DNA of 64,000 bases from Clostridia bacterium (GTDB taxonomy: Bacteria > Bacillota > Clostridia > UMGS1883 > UMGS1540): contig JAFZQX010000019.1 of the NCBI GenBank assembly GCA_017620205.1, positions 18,887 through 82,886 on the forward strand. Direction: 5' to 3'. The position numbers and the translations under genes are program-made. Position 1 is the stretch's first letter, and every line of letters begins with the position of its first letter. The notes under the pieces were generated by a model. That model searched no databases and was not told the DNA's origin. It saw only the letters and a list, made by a program, of their open reading frames with translations. Shown here piece after piece: positions 29,960 to 42,910 of this stretch.

Positions 29960-31321
29960 ATGAACAACAAACTAAAAAGATTTAAAAAGAATATTTTAGG
30001 AAAAAGAGTTATACTGCTCGGAGTCGGCGTAAGCAATAAACCGCTTATAAAGCAGCTTATTTCATACGGTGCTGAGGTTATCTGCTGCGATAAAAACGCC
30101 GCTTTGGAGTCGGAATTTTTTGACGAAATGAAGCTTGGCGCAAAATTCCGCTTGGGAGATAATTATCTTGATGACCTTGACGCTGACATTATTTTTAAAA
30201 CGCCGGGTATCAGAGGAGATATACCCGAACTTGTTGCTGCCGAAGAGCGCGGTGTAACGATTACGAGTGAAATGGAGATGTTCTTCAAGCTTTGCCCGTG
30301 TAAAATTATAGGCGTTACAGGCAGTGACGGTAAAACAACAACAACTACGCTTATATACAACATTCTCACAGAGAATGAGAAGGTTTGTCATTTGGGCGGC
30401 AATATTGGAAAACCACTCCTTCCCGAAATTGAGAATATAGAAGAGGGCGAAGTGGCGATAGTTGAGCTTTCAAGTTTTCAGCTCATGTCTATGAACTGTT
30501 CTCCGGACGTAGCTGTTATTACAAATATTTCGCCCAATCATCTTGATGTACATAAGTCTATGGAGGAATATGTAAATGCCAAGAAAAACATTTTCCTTCA
30601 TCAAAACAAAAGCGGCGTTCTTGTTTTAAACGCAAAAAATGAAATCACAGCGTCTTTTGCAGATGAAGCCAAAGGCGAAGTTGTTTTCTTTAACGGTGAT
30701 GAAAACGGTGTATATCTTAAAGACGATAATATATATTTTGACGGAAAGAGTATTATTACAAAAGACGATATAGCGCTTCCCGGCGAGCATAATGTTGAAA
30801 ACTATATGGCGGCAATAGCGGCTGTCGGCAAAAAGACAAGCTCGGAAGCCATAAAACGTGTTGCAAACAATTTTACGGGCGTTGAACACAGAATTGAATT
30901 TGTGCGTGAAATTGACGGCGTACGTTTTTATAACGATTCTATAGCAAGCAGCCCGACTCGTGCGAAGGCAGGCCTTTATGCGTTTGATAAAAAGGTAATA
31001 CTCATTGCGGGCGGCTATGATAAAAAAATACCGTTTGACGATTTCGGCGTTGATATTAAAAACAGAGTTAAGAGGCTTTATCTTTTCGGCGCAACGGCTC
31101 CGAAGATAAAGGAAGCAGTTTTAAACGCTTACGGAGAAGGAAGAAGAACTCTTCCGATAATTACTCAGTATACAACGCTTGAAACAATAGTAAAAGAAGC
31201 ATACATGGCTGCGGAAGCAGGCGATATTGTTTTGCTGTCGCCGGCATGCGCAAGCTTTGATATGTTTAAAAACTTTGAAGAACGCGGCAAAAAATTCAAA
31301 GAGTGTGTCAGGAGACTGTAA
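29960..31321 (+). CDS. murD: UDP-N-acetylmuramoyl-L-alanine--D-glutamate ligase
   Basis: Mur ligase motifs (GVTGSDGKTTTT). The start is chosen at the ATG after a GGAG RBS; the ORF is open from 29924. Confidence 0.9.
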   Translation: MNNKLKRFKKNILGKRVILLGVGVSNKPLIKQLISYGAEVICCDKNAALESEFFDEMKLGAKFRLGDNYLDDLDADIIFKTPGIRGDIPELVAAEERGVTITSEMEMFFKLCPCKIIGVTGSDGKTTTTTLIYNILTENEKVCHLGGNIGKPLLPEIENIEEGEVAIVELSSFQLMSMNCSPDVAVITNISPNHLDVHKSMEEYVNAKKNIFLHQNKSGVLVLNAKNEITASFADEAKGEVVFFNGDENGVYLKDDNIYFDGKSIITKDDIALPGEHNVENYMAAIAAVGKKTSSEAIKRVANNFTGVEHRIEFVREIDGVRFYNDSIASSPTRAKAGLYAFDKKVILIAGGYDKKIPFDDFGVDIKNRVKRLYLFGATAPKIKEAVLNAYGEGRRTLPIITQYTTLETIVKEAYMAAEAGDIVLLSPACASFDMFKNFEERGKKFKECVRRL

Positions 31322-31329
31322 TTTCAGAT

Positions 31330-32322
31330 ATGAAAACAGAGGAGATATTAAAATCGCTTTGTCAAAGCGGCGGTATATCTGGTGACGAACGCAAGATACA
31401 GGATATATTTGTTGACTTGATTTCACCATACTGCGATGAATTTCAAAGCGATGTTATGGGTAATGTTTGGGCGAGAAAAAAGAATGCGCAGGGAAAGACA
31501 ATAATGCTTGAAGCCCATGCCGATAAGATCGGACTTATGATTTCGGGCATCACAGATGAAGGTTTTCTGCTTTTTGCGGAAATCGGAGGTTATGACAAAA
31601 AGATAATGCCTTCAACTCTTGTAACGGTTTTTGGAAAAGAAACCGTTCACGGCGTTATCGGAAGCGTACCTCCGCATCTTAAGAAAAAGCAAAAGTTTAC
31701 TTCCGATGACTTGTGTATTGATATCGGCATGTCAAAGTGTGAAGCTGAAAAAATAATAAGCGTCGGGGATTTGGCGGAGTTTGATACGGAATATACACCG
31801 CTTTTAGGCGAACGCGCAGCAGCCTCGGCTTTTGATGACAGAGCAGGCCTTGCTGCAATAGTAAAAGCTGTTGAACTTTTAAAAGACGACAGTGTAAATG
31901 TTGTTGCGGCGGCATCAACTCAGGAAGAGGTAGGGTGCAGAGGCGCCAAATGTGCGGCATATAATATAAACCCGGATGTTTATATTTGTATAGACGTTTG
32001 TCATGGAAAAACGCCGGATGCGGATAAAAACGTATTTGCTTTAGGCGGCGGACCTGTAATTACGGTAGGACCCAATGTTCAGCCGTATGTATCTAAAAAG
32101 TTGATTTCTACCGCCTCCGATTTTAAAATTGATTATCAAATTGATGTTGACAGCGGAAACACGGGCACAAACGCCTGGACGGTTCAGATAGCGCGTATGG
32201 GCATTCCCACAGGCCTTGTTTCGCTTCCGTTAAGATATATGCACACACGGTATGAAGTTTTGTCTTTAAAAGACATTGATCTGACGGCACAGCTTTTGGC
32301 GGAATTTGCAAGGAGATGTTAG
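31330..32322 (+). CDS. M42 family metallo-aminopeptidase (FrvX/TET-like), paralog 1
   Basis: Metal-ligand motifs are present (EAHADKIG, FDDRAG, QEEVGCRG, RYMHT). Confidence 0.8.
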   Translation: MKTEEILKSLCQSGGISGDERKIQDIFVDLISPYCDEFQSDVMGNVWARKKNAQGKTIMLEAHADKIGLMISGITDEGFLLFAEIGGYDKKIMPSTLVTVFGKETVHGVIGSVPPHLKKKQKFTSDDLCIDIGMSKCEAEKIISVGDLAEFDTEYTPLLGERAAASAFDDRAGLAAIVKAVELLKDDSVNVVAAASTQEEVGCRGAKCAAYNINPDVYICIDVCHGKTPDADKNVFALGGGPVITVGPNVQPYVSKKLISTASDFKIDYQIDVDSGNTGTNAWTVQIARMGIPTGLVSLPLRYMHTRYEVLSLKDIDLTAQLLAEFARRC

Positions 32323-32327
32323 TATAA

Positions 32328-33314
32328 ATGCTTGAAAGAATTTGCGGCGCTTCGGGTGTTTCCGGAAACGAGGACGAGGTACGCGATCTTTTAAAAGATA
32401 TGTGTAAAGATTATTCCACGGAAACTGACGTTATGGGAAACCTTCTGGTTGAAACCGGCGGTAATGGTAAGAAGATATTGCTTGCCGCGCATATGGATGA
32501 AGTTGGCTTTATTATTTCCGGCATAGAGGACAACGGTTTTTTGCGTTTTAAAACGGTAGGCGGTATCGATATTGGCGTTATAATAGGCAAAAGAGTGATT
32601 ATTGGCGACAAAAAAGTGCCCGGTATTATAGGCATAAAGGCCGTACATTTACAAAAGAAAGATGATTCTGCGCCTGCAGAGGATGAGCTTTATATTGATA
32701 TAGGTGCTGAGAATAAGGACGAAGCGTCTGCTGTTGTAAATTTAGGCGATTATGCTTCGTTTGAACCGTTGTTTGTTAAATTCGGGAATAACCTTTTGGC
32801 ATCCAAAGCGCTTGATGACAGAGCAGGCTGCGCTGTTTTAACAGAAGAATTAAAAAGAAACGCAGGAAAAAATCTTTGCCTGGCATTTACGGCGCAGGAA
32901 GAAGTTGGCTGCAGAGGTGCTGCAATTGCCGCGGAACGTTTTCAGCCGGATGTTGCGCTGGTTGTTGAAACCACCATTTGTCAGGACGTGTTTCCCACAA
33001 ATTTAAATAAAACACCTACAAAACTGGGCGAAGGACCCGTTCTTACTTTTCTTGACAGAACATCTGTTCCGGACAGGGAAGTTATAGAGTCTTTAACTGA
33101 AACCGCAAGGAAGCATAAAATCCCGTTTCAGTATAAAAAGACTAATATGGGTGGAACAGATGCCGGGAGTATTTCCCGTGCGGCAGAAGGTATTCCTACA
33201 GCAATTGTAGCACTGCCATGCAGAAACCTTCATTCGCCCGTCACGGTTATAAGCCTTGACGATTATAATAATCTTATTAAACTTATTGATTTATGGTTAA
33301 AGGATATAGGATAA
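32328..33314 (+). CDS. M42 family metallo-aminopeptidase (FrvX/TET-like), paralog 2
   Basis: Metal-ligand motifs are present (AAHMDEVG, LDDRAG, QEEVGCRG, RNLHS). Confidence 0.85.
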   Translation: MLERICGASGVSGNEDEVRDLLKDMCKDYSTETDVMGNLLVETGGNGKKILLAAHMDEVGFIISGIEDNGFLRFKTVGGIDIGVIIGKRVIIGDKKVPGIIGIKAVHLQKKDDSAPAEDELYIDIGAENKDEASAVVNLGDYASFEPLFVKFGNNLLASKALDDRAGCAVLTEELKRNAGKNLCLAFTAQEEVGCRGAAIAAERFQPDVALVVETTICQDVFPTNLNKTPTKLGEGPVLTFLDRTSVPDREVIESLTETARKHKIPFQYKKTNMGGTDAGSISRAAEGIPTAIVALPCRNLHSPVTVISLDDYNNLIKLIDLWLKDIG

Positions 33315-34234
33315 TGTATGATTTAATATTGGAGCTTGCATCAAAATGTGCCGCAAGCGGATGTGAGGATGATATAAGAAGATATTTGGAAGATAAGCTT
33401 TCCTCACTTGAAATTGAATATGACGCACACAAAACACTGATTGCCCATAAAAAAGGAAAATCCTCTCCTGTTGCAATAGTTTGCGGGATGGATGTTCCGT
33501 CACTTTTTATAACACACATCGAAGATAGCGGCTATACTAGGTTTGCTACGCTCGGTGTTGACCACAAAAAACTTTCCGGTCTGCCCGTCAGACTTCAAAA
33601 CGGCAGCAGAGGCTGTATATGGTGCGAAAAAGATAAAGATGAAATGACAGATATGTTTATAGATTTCGGCGAAAACACAGCAAAAGAAGCCGAACCGGCA
33701 TTGATAGACATGCCTCCTTATAAAAGAGGTAATCTGATTTCCGGATTTGCACTCGGCAATTACGCCGCGCAGGCGGCTGTTATTGAATCCGCGTTATTTG
33801 ATAGCGAAAGAGACGCTTATTTTGTGTTTTTAAGCCGTTCCCAGCTGGGTAAGTTTTCAACGGGATTTATGAAAATGCTTCCGGAAAACACAGAATATAT
33901 TTGTGTTGAAAAAAGCGATTCAAATGATTTTCCCGGTGAAAAAACCGTTATAACCGGAGTTGGCGGCGGCGTTTGTCTGCGTATGATGGATAAGTCGTTG
34001 ATGCCTTCGCGCTCTATGATTGAAAAAGCGTTAACTTTTTCGGAGTCTGTCAGAATAACAAAAGAAGTGTCAAAAAGAAACGGTATCGGCGGCAATCTGC
34101 AAATGGCATCCGGCGGCGCAAATGTTATTTCGCTCGGTGTTCCCGCACGTTATTGTGACGAGATTTGTGAAACGGTAAGCATTGATGATATAAAAGAAAC
34201 AGCTAAATTGCTGATTAAATTTTTAGAGGTGTAA
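33314..34234 (+). CDS. M42-like paralog 3, predicted catalytically inactive (metal ligands lost)
   Basis: Same length and fold-level similarity to the two upstream paralogs, but His, DDR, EE and C-terminal His are substituted (CGMDVP, SERD, no EEVG). ATG overlaps the preceding stop (taATG). Confidence 0.6.
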   Translation: MYDLILELASKCAASGCEDDIRRYLEDKLSSLEIEYDAHKTLIAHKKGKSSPVAIVCGMDVPSLFITHIEDSGYTRFATLGVDHKKLSGLPVRLQNGSRGCIWCEKDKDEMTDMFIDFGENTAKEAEPALIDMPPYKRGNLISGFALGNYAAQAAVIESALFDSERDAYFVFLSRSQLGKFSTGFMKMLPENTEYICVEKSDSNDFPGEKTVITGVGGGVCLRMMDKSLMPSRSMIEKALTFSESVRITKEVSKRNGIGGNLQMASGGANVISLGVPARYCDEICETVSIDDIKETAKLLIKFLEV

Positions 34235-34238
34235 TAAA

Positions 34239-35498
34239 GTGGAAAAACTAAAGATAGTAGGCGGAACAAAACTCAGAGGTAATGTGAGAATAAGCGGTGC
34301 CAAAAATGCCGCGGTAGCAATTATACCGGCAGTTCTTATGGTTGACGGCGTTTGTGTTATTGAGAACGTTCCTCATATTAAAGACGTTTTGGTTATAGCC
34401 GATATTTTATCCGATCTCGGTGCAAAAGTGAAATGGCTTCAGGATGATGTTCTGGAAATTGACGCAACAACGGTTAATAATTACATTGCTACAGATGATA
34501 AGGTTCGGTCTATGCGTGCTTCATATTATCTTCTCGGCGCACTGCTCGGAAGATTTCATATGGCTACAGTCCGTCTGCCCGGCGGATGTAACTTCGGCGA
34601 AAGACCGATAGATCAGCATATAAAGAGTTTTGAGGCACTTCGCGCGTCTGTAAATATAGATTATGATATAGTAATTGCCAAATCTGAAAAAAGATTGAAA
34701 GCTACGCATATTTATCTTGACGTTGTAAGCGTTGGGGCAACGATAAATGCTATGCTTGCCGCATGTATGGCAGAAGGCACAACGATTATTGAAAACGTCG
34801 CAAAGGAGCCGCACGTTGTTGATCTTGCAAACTTCTTAAATACAATGGGTGCCTCTGTAAGAGGCGCAGGTACAGACACAATAAGAATAAGAGGCGTTGA
34901 AAAGCTGCATGGCGGTACATACAGCATAATTCCCGACCAGATAGAAGCGGGAACATTTATGATTGCGGCTGCAGCTGCGGGCGGAGACGTTCTTGTGGAG
35001 AATATAATTCCGCAGCATATGGACTCGCTTTCCGCAAAGCTTTCCGAATCCGGCGCTATAGTTACGGAGTTTGAAGATTCAATCAGAGTTGAAAGTAACG
35101 GAATGCTTAAGGGTGTTAACGTTAAAACAAGACCTTATCCGGGATTTCCCACCGATTTGCAGCCTCAGATGGTTACGCTGCTCTCTGCAGCACGTGGAAA
35201 AAGCATGGTAACTGAGGGCGTTTGGGAATCAAGATTCCAATATATAGAAGAGCTTAAAAGAATGGGCGCCGATATAGTTATAGCTGATAACAGAGCAATT
35301 ATACACGGCGTTGACAGACTCCGCGGTGCAACAGTAAAAGCTACTGATTTAAGAGCAGGCGCTTGCCTCGCTATTGCAGGAATTATTGCGGAAGGCACAA
35401 CATATATACTTGATTTGAAACATATTGACAGAGGTTACCAGAATTTTGAGGAGAAGCTCACATCTCTCGGAGCCAATGTCGTAAGGATTGACGAATAA
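34239..35498 (+). CDS. murA: UDP-N-acetylglucosamine 1-carboxyvinyltransferase
   Basis: 419 aa with a conserved N-terminus (KLKIVGGTKLRGNVRISGAKNAA). The start is GTG. Confidence 0.9.
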   Translation: MEKLKIVGGTKLRGNVRISGAKNAAVAIIPAVLMVDGVCVIENVPHIKDVLVIADILSDLGAKVKWLQDDVLEIDATTVNNYIATDDKVRSMRASYYLLGALLGRFHMATVRLPGGCNFGERPIDQHIKSFEALRASVNIDYDIVIAKSEKRLKATHIYLDVVSVGATINAMLAACMAEGTTIIENVAKEPHVVDLANFLNTMGASVRGAGTDTIRIRGVEKLHGGTYSIIPDQIEAGTFMIAAAAAGGDVLVENIIPQHMDSLSAKLSESGAIVTEFEDSIRVESNGMLKGVNVKTRPYPGFPTDLQPQMVTLLSAARGKSMVTEGVWESRFQYIEELKRMGADIVIADNRAIIHGVDRLRGATVKATDLRAGACLAIAGIIAEGTTYILDLKHIDRGYQNFEEKLTSLGANVVRIDE

Positions 35499-36285
35499 TG
35501 ATAAATATTTGCCCGCTGTTCAGCGGCAGCAGCGGAAACAGTACATATATCGAAGTAAACGGAACGGGTATCCTGCTTGACGCAGGCGTTTCGATGAAAA
35601 GAATAATAACTGCACTCCAGCGTATAGGGAAGAGCGGAAGTGATTTATCCGCTCTTCTTATCACGCATGAGCATATAGACCATATACAAAGTCTCGGCGC
35701 TATCGCGCGAAAGTTTAAAATACCGGTTTATGCAACCGTAAATACATGGCGTACAATGTATAAATCGCTCGGTAAAATTGAAAAGTCTCAGATAAAGCCC
35801 GTGTATGAAGGTCAAACGGAAACAATCGGAGATCTTAGATTTGTTGCTTTTTCAATTCCGCACGATGCTGCAGAACCGGTAGGGTATACTTTTTCGGACG
35901 GTGAAAAAAAACTTACGGTTGCTACGGATATTGGTGAGATGAACGATAAAGTGTTTCTGTCTCTTTCGGGAAGTGACGGCATTTTGCTTGAAGCTAACCA
36001 TGATATTGACATGCTGCTCGGCGGAGCTTATCCGTATCCTCTTAAAAAGAGAATACGCGGAAAATACGGCCATCTTTCAAACGATGAAGCGGCGGCAACT
36101 TGTGCGCGTCTTGTGACACTCGGAACAAAAACGATTTTACTCGGACATTTGAGCGCTGAAAACAACAGCCCCGAAGCTGCGCTTAAAACTGTAAGCGGCA
36201 GTATATCGGATACAGGAGCTCAAATAGGAAAAGATGTGTATTTAGATGTAATTTTAAGAGAGCAGGAGAGAGAACTGCAGACGAT

Positions 36286-36289
<4 letters not shown>
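35498..36289 (+). CDS. MBL-fold metallo-hydrolase (YycJ/WalJ-like)
   Basis: 263 aa with a THEHIDH motif. Confidence 0.8.
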
Positions 36290-38747
<2,458 letters not shown>

Positions 38748-38749
38748 TT

Positions 38750-39331
38750 ATGAGTTTTAAAAGTGAGTTTATTGAAATATACAATGGGAACATCAACAGA
38801 GAAGGTGCAGATAGGTTTCTGGAGTATTTAGAATCGCCTGCAAGTGATTTTTTTACAGCTCCCGCAAGCACAAAATATCACGGTTCGTACGAGGGCGGTC
38901 TTGTTGAACACAGTTTAAATGTTTATCACTGTCTGAAAGATTATCTCGAAAGAGAGCGCGTTTCAGAGCTTTACGGTCTGGAATATTCCGATGAAACGAT
39001 AGCTCTGGTTTCGCTTTTACATGATGTCTGCAAGGTTAACTGCTATAAAAAGGGCACAAGAAACGTTAAAGAAAACGGAACTTGGATTCAGGTTCCTATA
39101 TTTGAATATGCAGACAGCCTGCCGTATGGTCACGGTGAAAAGTCAGTTTATATAATTAGCGCATATATGAAACTTGAAAGATATGAAGCCTTTGCTATAC
39201 GTTACCATATGGGCTTTTCGGGAAATGAGGAAAAAAGATTTGTGGGCGATGTATTTCAGCAGTTCCCTTTGGCGTTTGCATTATCGGTTGCCGATATGGA
39301 AGCCACATATTTACTGGAAGGCAAAAAGTAA
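38750..39331 (+). CDS. HD-domain phosphohydrolase (YhaM-like HD domain, stand-alone)
   Basis: HD motifs are present (KYHGSYEGGLVEHSLNV, LLHDVCK). The start is the ATG after the ligA stop; the track ORF starts at TTG 38744. Confidence 0.65.
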   Translation: MSFKSEFIEIYNGNINREGADRFLEYLESPASDFFTAPASTKYHGSYEGGLVEHSLNVYHCLKDYLERERVSELYGLEYSDETIALVSLLHDVCKVNCYKKGTRNVKENGTWIQVPIFEYADSLPYGHGEKSVYIISAYMKLERYEAFAIRYHMGFSGNEEKRFVGDVFQQFPLAFALSVADMEATYLLEGKK

Positions 39332-39468
39332 CCAAATGGTTGTAGTTTTGTTACATAATTTTAACACAAAACAGCTGCGTAAAGTGGTATAATATTTATG
39401 TTATTATTTTGTCAATCTGATGTGGTTGACGTTTTAATAAAGTTATTTTCGAAAGGATTTTGATAATT

Positions 39469-40548
39469 ATGGAAAGAGTTTATAATTTTTCTGCAGGCCC
39501 GTCCATGCTGCCTTTGGAAGTTCTCAAAAAAGCGCAGAGCGAGATGCTTAACTGGAATAACACAGGTATGAGTGTTATGGAGATGAGCCACCGTACAAAG
39601 AGCTTTGACTCTATAATTCAGAAAGCAGAGAGCTTACTCAGAAAGCTCATGGGTATTCCGGACAACTATAAAGTTTTGTTCCTTCAGGGCGGAGCTTCAA
39701 CACAGTTTGCCATGGTTCCGTTAAACCTTTTCAAAAAAAGCAAGAAGGCTGATTTTGTTATTACCGGTGCATGGTCTAAAAAAGCTGCTGCAGAAAGTGA
39801 AAAATACGGAACTGTTAACAGGGTTGCTTCAAGTGCAGATAAAACTTTTTCTTATATTCCGAAACTTGATCCTTCAACTTTTGATAAAGATGCGGATTTC
39901 TTCCATATTACATATAATAACACAATTTACGGCACGAGATATACGAGTCTCCCGGATACCGGAAACGTTCCGCTTGTAGCAGATATTTCTTCAAATATCT
40001 TGTCACAGGAAATGGATGTTTCGAAATTCGGTCTTCTCTATGCAGGCGCTCAGAAAAATTTGGCTCCTGCGGGCGTTACTATTGTTATTGTAAGAGATGA
40101 CCTTATTGGGGAAACACCTGATTTTTGTCCCACAATGCTTAAATATTCAACTCATGCCGAAGCAGGCTCGCTTTACAACACTCCTCCGGCATACTGCATA
40201 TATGTTTGTATGCTCGTTCTTGAATGGCTGGATGAAATGGGCGGCGTAGCAGTTATGCAGAAGAAAAACGAAAAGAAAGCAAAAGCCTTCTATGATTATC
40301 TTGATTCTTCAAAAATGTTTAAAGGAACTGTTGTTCCCGAAGACCGTTCGCTCATGAACATTCCGTTTGTAACAGGAAATGAAGAACTTGACAAAAAATT
40401 TATTGCCGAAGCAACGGAAGCAGGCTTTGTAAGTCTTAAAGGTCACAGATCCGTTGGCGGCATGAGAGCAAGTATTTATAATGCTATGCCTGAAGAAGGA
40501 GTTATGAAGCTTATCGACTTTATGACAAAGTTTGAAAAAGAAAACTAA
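39469..40548 (+). CDS. serC: phosphoserine aminotransferase
   Basis: Conserved N-terminus (YNFSAGPSMLP) and the class-V aminotransferase fold. The start is the ATG after an AAAGGA RBS. Confidence 0.9.
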   Translation: MERVYNFSAGPSMLPLEVLKKAQSEMLNWNNTGMSVMEMSHRTKSFDSIIQKAESLLRKLMGIPDNYKVLFLQGGASTQFAMVPLNLFKKSKKADFVITGAWSKKAAAESEKYGTVNRVASSADKTFSYIPKLDPSTFDKDADFFHITYNNTIYGTRYTSLPDTGNVPLVADISSNILSQEMDVSKFGLLYAGAQKNLAPAGVTIVIVRDDLIGETPDFCPTMLKYSTHAEAGSLYNTPPAYCIYVCMLVLEWLDEMGGVAVMQKKNEKKAKAFYDYLDSSKMFKGTVVPEDRSLMNIPFVTGNEELDKKFIAEATEAGFVSLKGHRSVGGMRASIYNAMPEEGVMKLIDFMTKFEKEN

Positions 40549-40579
40549 TAATAGTTTTAAGAAAGGACGCTTGACTTAA

Positions 40580-41740
40580 ATGTTCAATGTAAAAACGCTT
40601 AATAAGATTTCTCCGGTTGGTCTGAATCACTTCTGCGATAAAAAATATAATGTTGGTGATGACGTTGAGAATCCGGACGCAATCCTTCTCCGCAGCTTCA
40701 AAATGCATGATATGGAGCTTCCCGACAGCCTTCTTGCGATAGGCAGAGCAGGCGCGGGAACAAACAACATTCCTGTCGACAAGTGCGCTGAAAAGGGTAT
40801 AGTAGTATTTAACACTCCCGGCGCAAACGCAAACGCAGTTAAAGAACTTACAATACTCGGCCTTTTGATTTCCTCGCGTAAAGTAGTAAAAGGTTATGAC
40901 TGGGCACAGTCACTCAAGGGAACCGAAGATGTTGCCGGTCAGGTTGAGAAAGGTAAATCGGCTTTTGTCGGTCCTGAAATTTACGGTAAAAAACTTGCAA
41001 TTATCGGTCTTGGTGCTATTGGTGTTATGGTTGCAAACACAGCTTTTCATCTAGGTATGGACGTTGTTGGTTACGACCCGTATATATCCGTTAAAGCGGC
41101 TCTCGGTCTTTCAAGACACGTAGGCTTTACATCGGATCTGAAATCGCTTCTTGAAGACGCTGATTATGTCACAATCCATGTTCCTCTTACACCCGATACA
41201 AAACATATGATAAACGATGAAACAATCGGTTATATGAAGGACGGTGCAAGACTCTTAAACTTTGCAAGAGGCGACTTGGTTGATAACAACGCTGTTAAGA
41301 AAGCTCTTGAAAACGGTAAGCTTTCTACTTATGTTACAGACTTTCCGAGCGAAGATCTTCTCGGTATAGATAATATTGTTACCATACCGCACCTCGGTGC
41401 TTCAACTCCGGAATCTGAAGACAACTGCGCTGAAATGGCTGCAAAAGAGATAATTGATTATTTGGAAAACGGAAACATTGTAAACAGCGTAAACTTCCCG
41501 CACTGTGAGCTTCCGCGTGAAGGCGTTAGAATTACAATTACTCATAAAAACATTCCCAATATGCTTTCAAGTTTTTCAACTATACTTGCCGAAGCTAATG
41601 TGAATATCGAAAACATGGTTAATAAGGGTAAAAAAGATTATGCATATACCATTATTGACATTGTAGACGCACCAAAAGATGAAATTGTAGAAAAGATAAA
41701 GGGCGTTGACGGAGTAATATCTGTAAGAGTTATATTATAA
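40580..41740 (+). CDS. serA: D-3-phosphoglycerate dehydrogenase (with C-terminal ACT domain)
   Basis: 386 aa with an NAD-binding GLGAIG motif, the 2-hydroxyacid dehydrogenase catalytic region and a C-terminal ACT domain. Confidence 0.9.
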   Translation: MFNVKTLNKISPVGLNHFCDKKYNVGDDVENPDAILLRSFKMHDMELPDSLLAIGRAGAGTNNIPVDKCAEKGIVVFNTPGANANAVKELTILGLLISSRKVVKGYDWAQSLKGTEDVAGQVEKGKSAFVGPEIYGKKLAIIGLGAIGVMVANTAFHLGMDVVGYDPYISVKAALGLSRHVGFTSDLKSLLEDADYVTIHVPLTPDTKHMINDETIGYMKDGARLLNFARGDLVDNNAVKKALENGKLSTYVTDFPSEDLLGIDNIVTIPHLGASTPESEDNCAEMAAKEIIDYLENGNIVNSVNFPHCELPREGVRITITHKNIPNMLSSFSTILAEANVNIENMVNKGKKDYAYTIIDIVDAPKDEIVEKIKGVDGVISVRVIL

Positions 41741-41757
41741 TATAGAAGAAAAAATAA

Positions 41758-41789
41758 GGGCTCGGTGAATTATTTCACCGAGCCCTTTG
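41758..41789. terminator. bidirectional rho-independent terminator between serA and rodA
   Basis: GGGCTCGGTGAA-tta-TTCACCGAGCCC perfect 12-bp stem flanked by T/A runs. Confidence 0.8.
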
Positions 41790-41806
41790 AATATTCTTGT
41801 TTATAT

Positions 41807-42910
41807 TTAGTTTAACAGCCGCTGCCGTGCACGTACGTTTAAAACAAGCGCAATTGCAAGCATTGAGGCTAAAATGTTTGAACCTCCATAGCTTAAAAAA
41901 GGAAGGGGAATGCCCGTTACCGGAGTTAAACCTATACACATGCCTATGTTTTCAAAAGTATGGAATAAAAACATCGTTCCTACACCGATACATATGAGTT
42001 CGCCAAAGAAATCGTTTGTGTTCTGTGCAACATAAAAACACTTGAGTATTATGCAAAGCAAAAGAATCATTACAAGCAATGTTCCCCAAAGCCCCAGTTC
42101 CTCGCCGATTACAGCAAATATAAAGTCAGTATGCTTTTCGGGCAAATTGCCAAGCTGTGTCTGCGGGCCGTTGAAAAGACCTGCGCCGATGGCACCGCCG
42201 GAACCGATGGTAAGCTTTGACTGCGTAACATGGAATCCTGAACCTTGAATATTTGCTTCGGGGTTTAAAAACGAGAAAAGCCTGTCTTTCTGATAGTCTT
42301 TCAGCACGTAAAACCACATAACGGGTGATATAACTGCTAATGCTCCTACTACGCCCAAGATATACTTGATGCTAATTTTTGATACAAAAAGCATCACAAA
42401 CATTATAACCAAGAATACCGATGCCGTACCGTAATCGGGCTGTAAAAGGATTAGAAATACAATAACTGCGGCATGCAGCAATAAAAGACCGAGGGTTTTG
42501 GGGTTGTTAATATCATCTTTATTTAATGATATGTGTTTGGCAAACGTAACTATAAAACCTATCTTAACAATTTCCGAAGGCTGTATACCGATAAAACCAA
42601 ACCTGATCCAGCCTCTTGTTCCAACTTCGTCACCTTTACCTATAAACAGAACAAGTATGAGAAGAAGAACGTTTACAATATATATATAGGGTGAAAAATT
42701 ACCTATTTTTCTGTAATCCACACTTTGAAGCAAAATGAGGAGGACAAGACCGATAAAGACCGCTGCACCCTGAACAAGTAAATATCTTGATTTTTCAAAA
42801 CCGGTAGCACTTGCAATTGCAAGAAAACCGAGCGTTATAGTAAGTAAAACAACCGCACATAAGAACGGATCATACTTGCCCGATAAACTGTTTTTTCTGT
42901 TAGCTTTCAA
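41807..42910 (-). CDS. SEDS-family peptidoglycan glycosyltransferase (RodA/FtsW/SpoVE)
   Basis: 367 aa with 10 TM helices and FtsW/RodA conserved segments (DLGT..., PVTGIPLPFLSYGGS). Confidence 0.85.
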   Translation of the reverse strand: MKANRKNSLSGKYDPFLCAVVLLTITLGFLAIASATGFEKSRYLLVQGAAVFIGLVLLILLQSVDYRKIGNFSPYIYIVNVLLLILVLFIGKGDEVGTRGWIRFGFIGIQPSEIVKIGFIVTFAKHISLNKDDINNPKTLGLLLLHAAVIVFLILLQPDYGTASVFLVIMFVMLFVSKISIKYILGVVGALAVISPVMWFYVLKDYQKDRLFSFLNPEANIQGSGFHVTQSKLTIGSGGAIGAGLFNGPQTQLGNLPEKHTDFIFAVIGEELGLWGTLLVMILLLCIILKCFYVAQNTNDFFGELICIGVGTMFLFHTFENIGMCIGLTPVTGIPLPFLSYGGSNILASMLAIALVLNVRARQRLLN

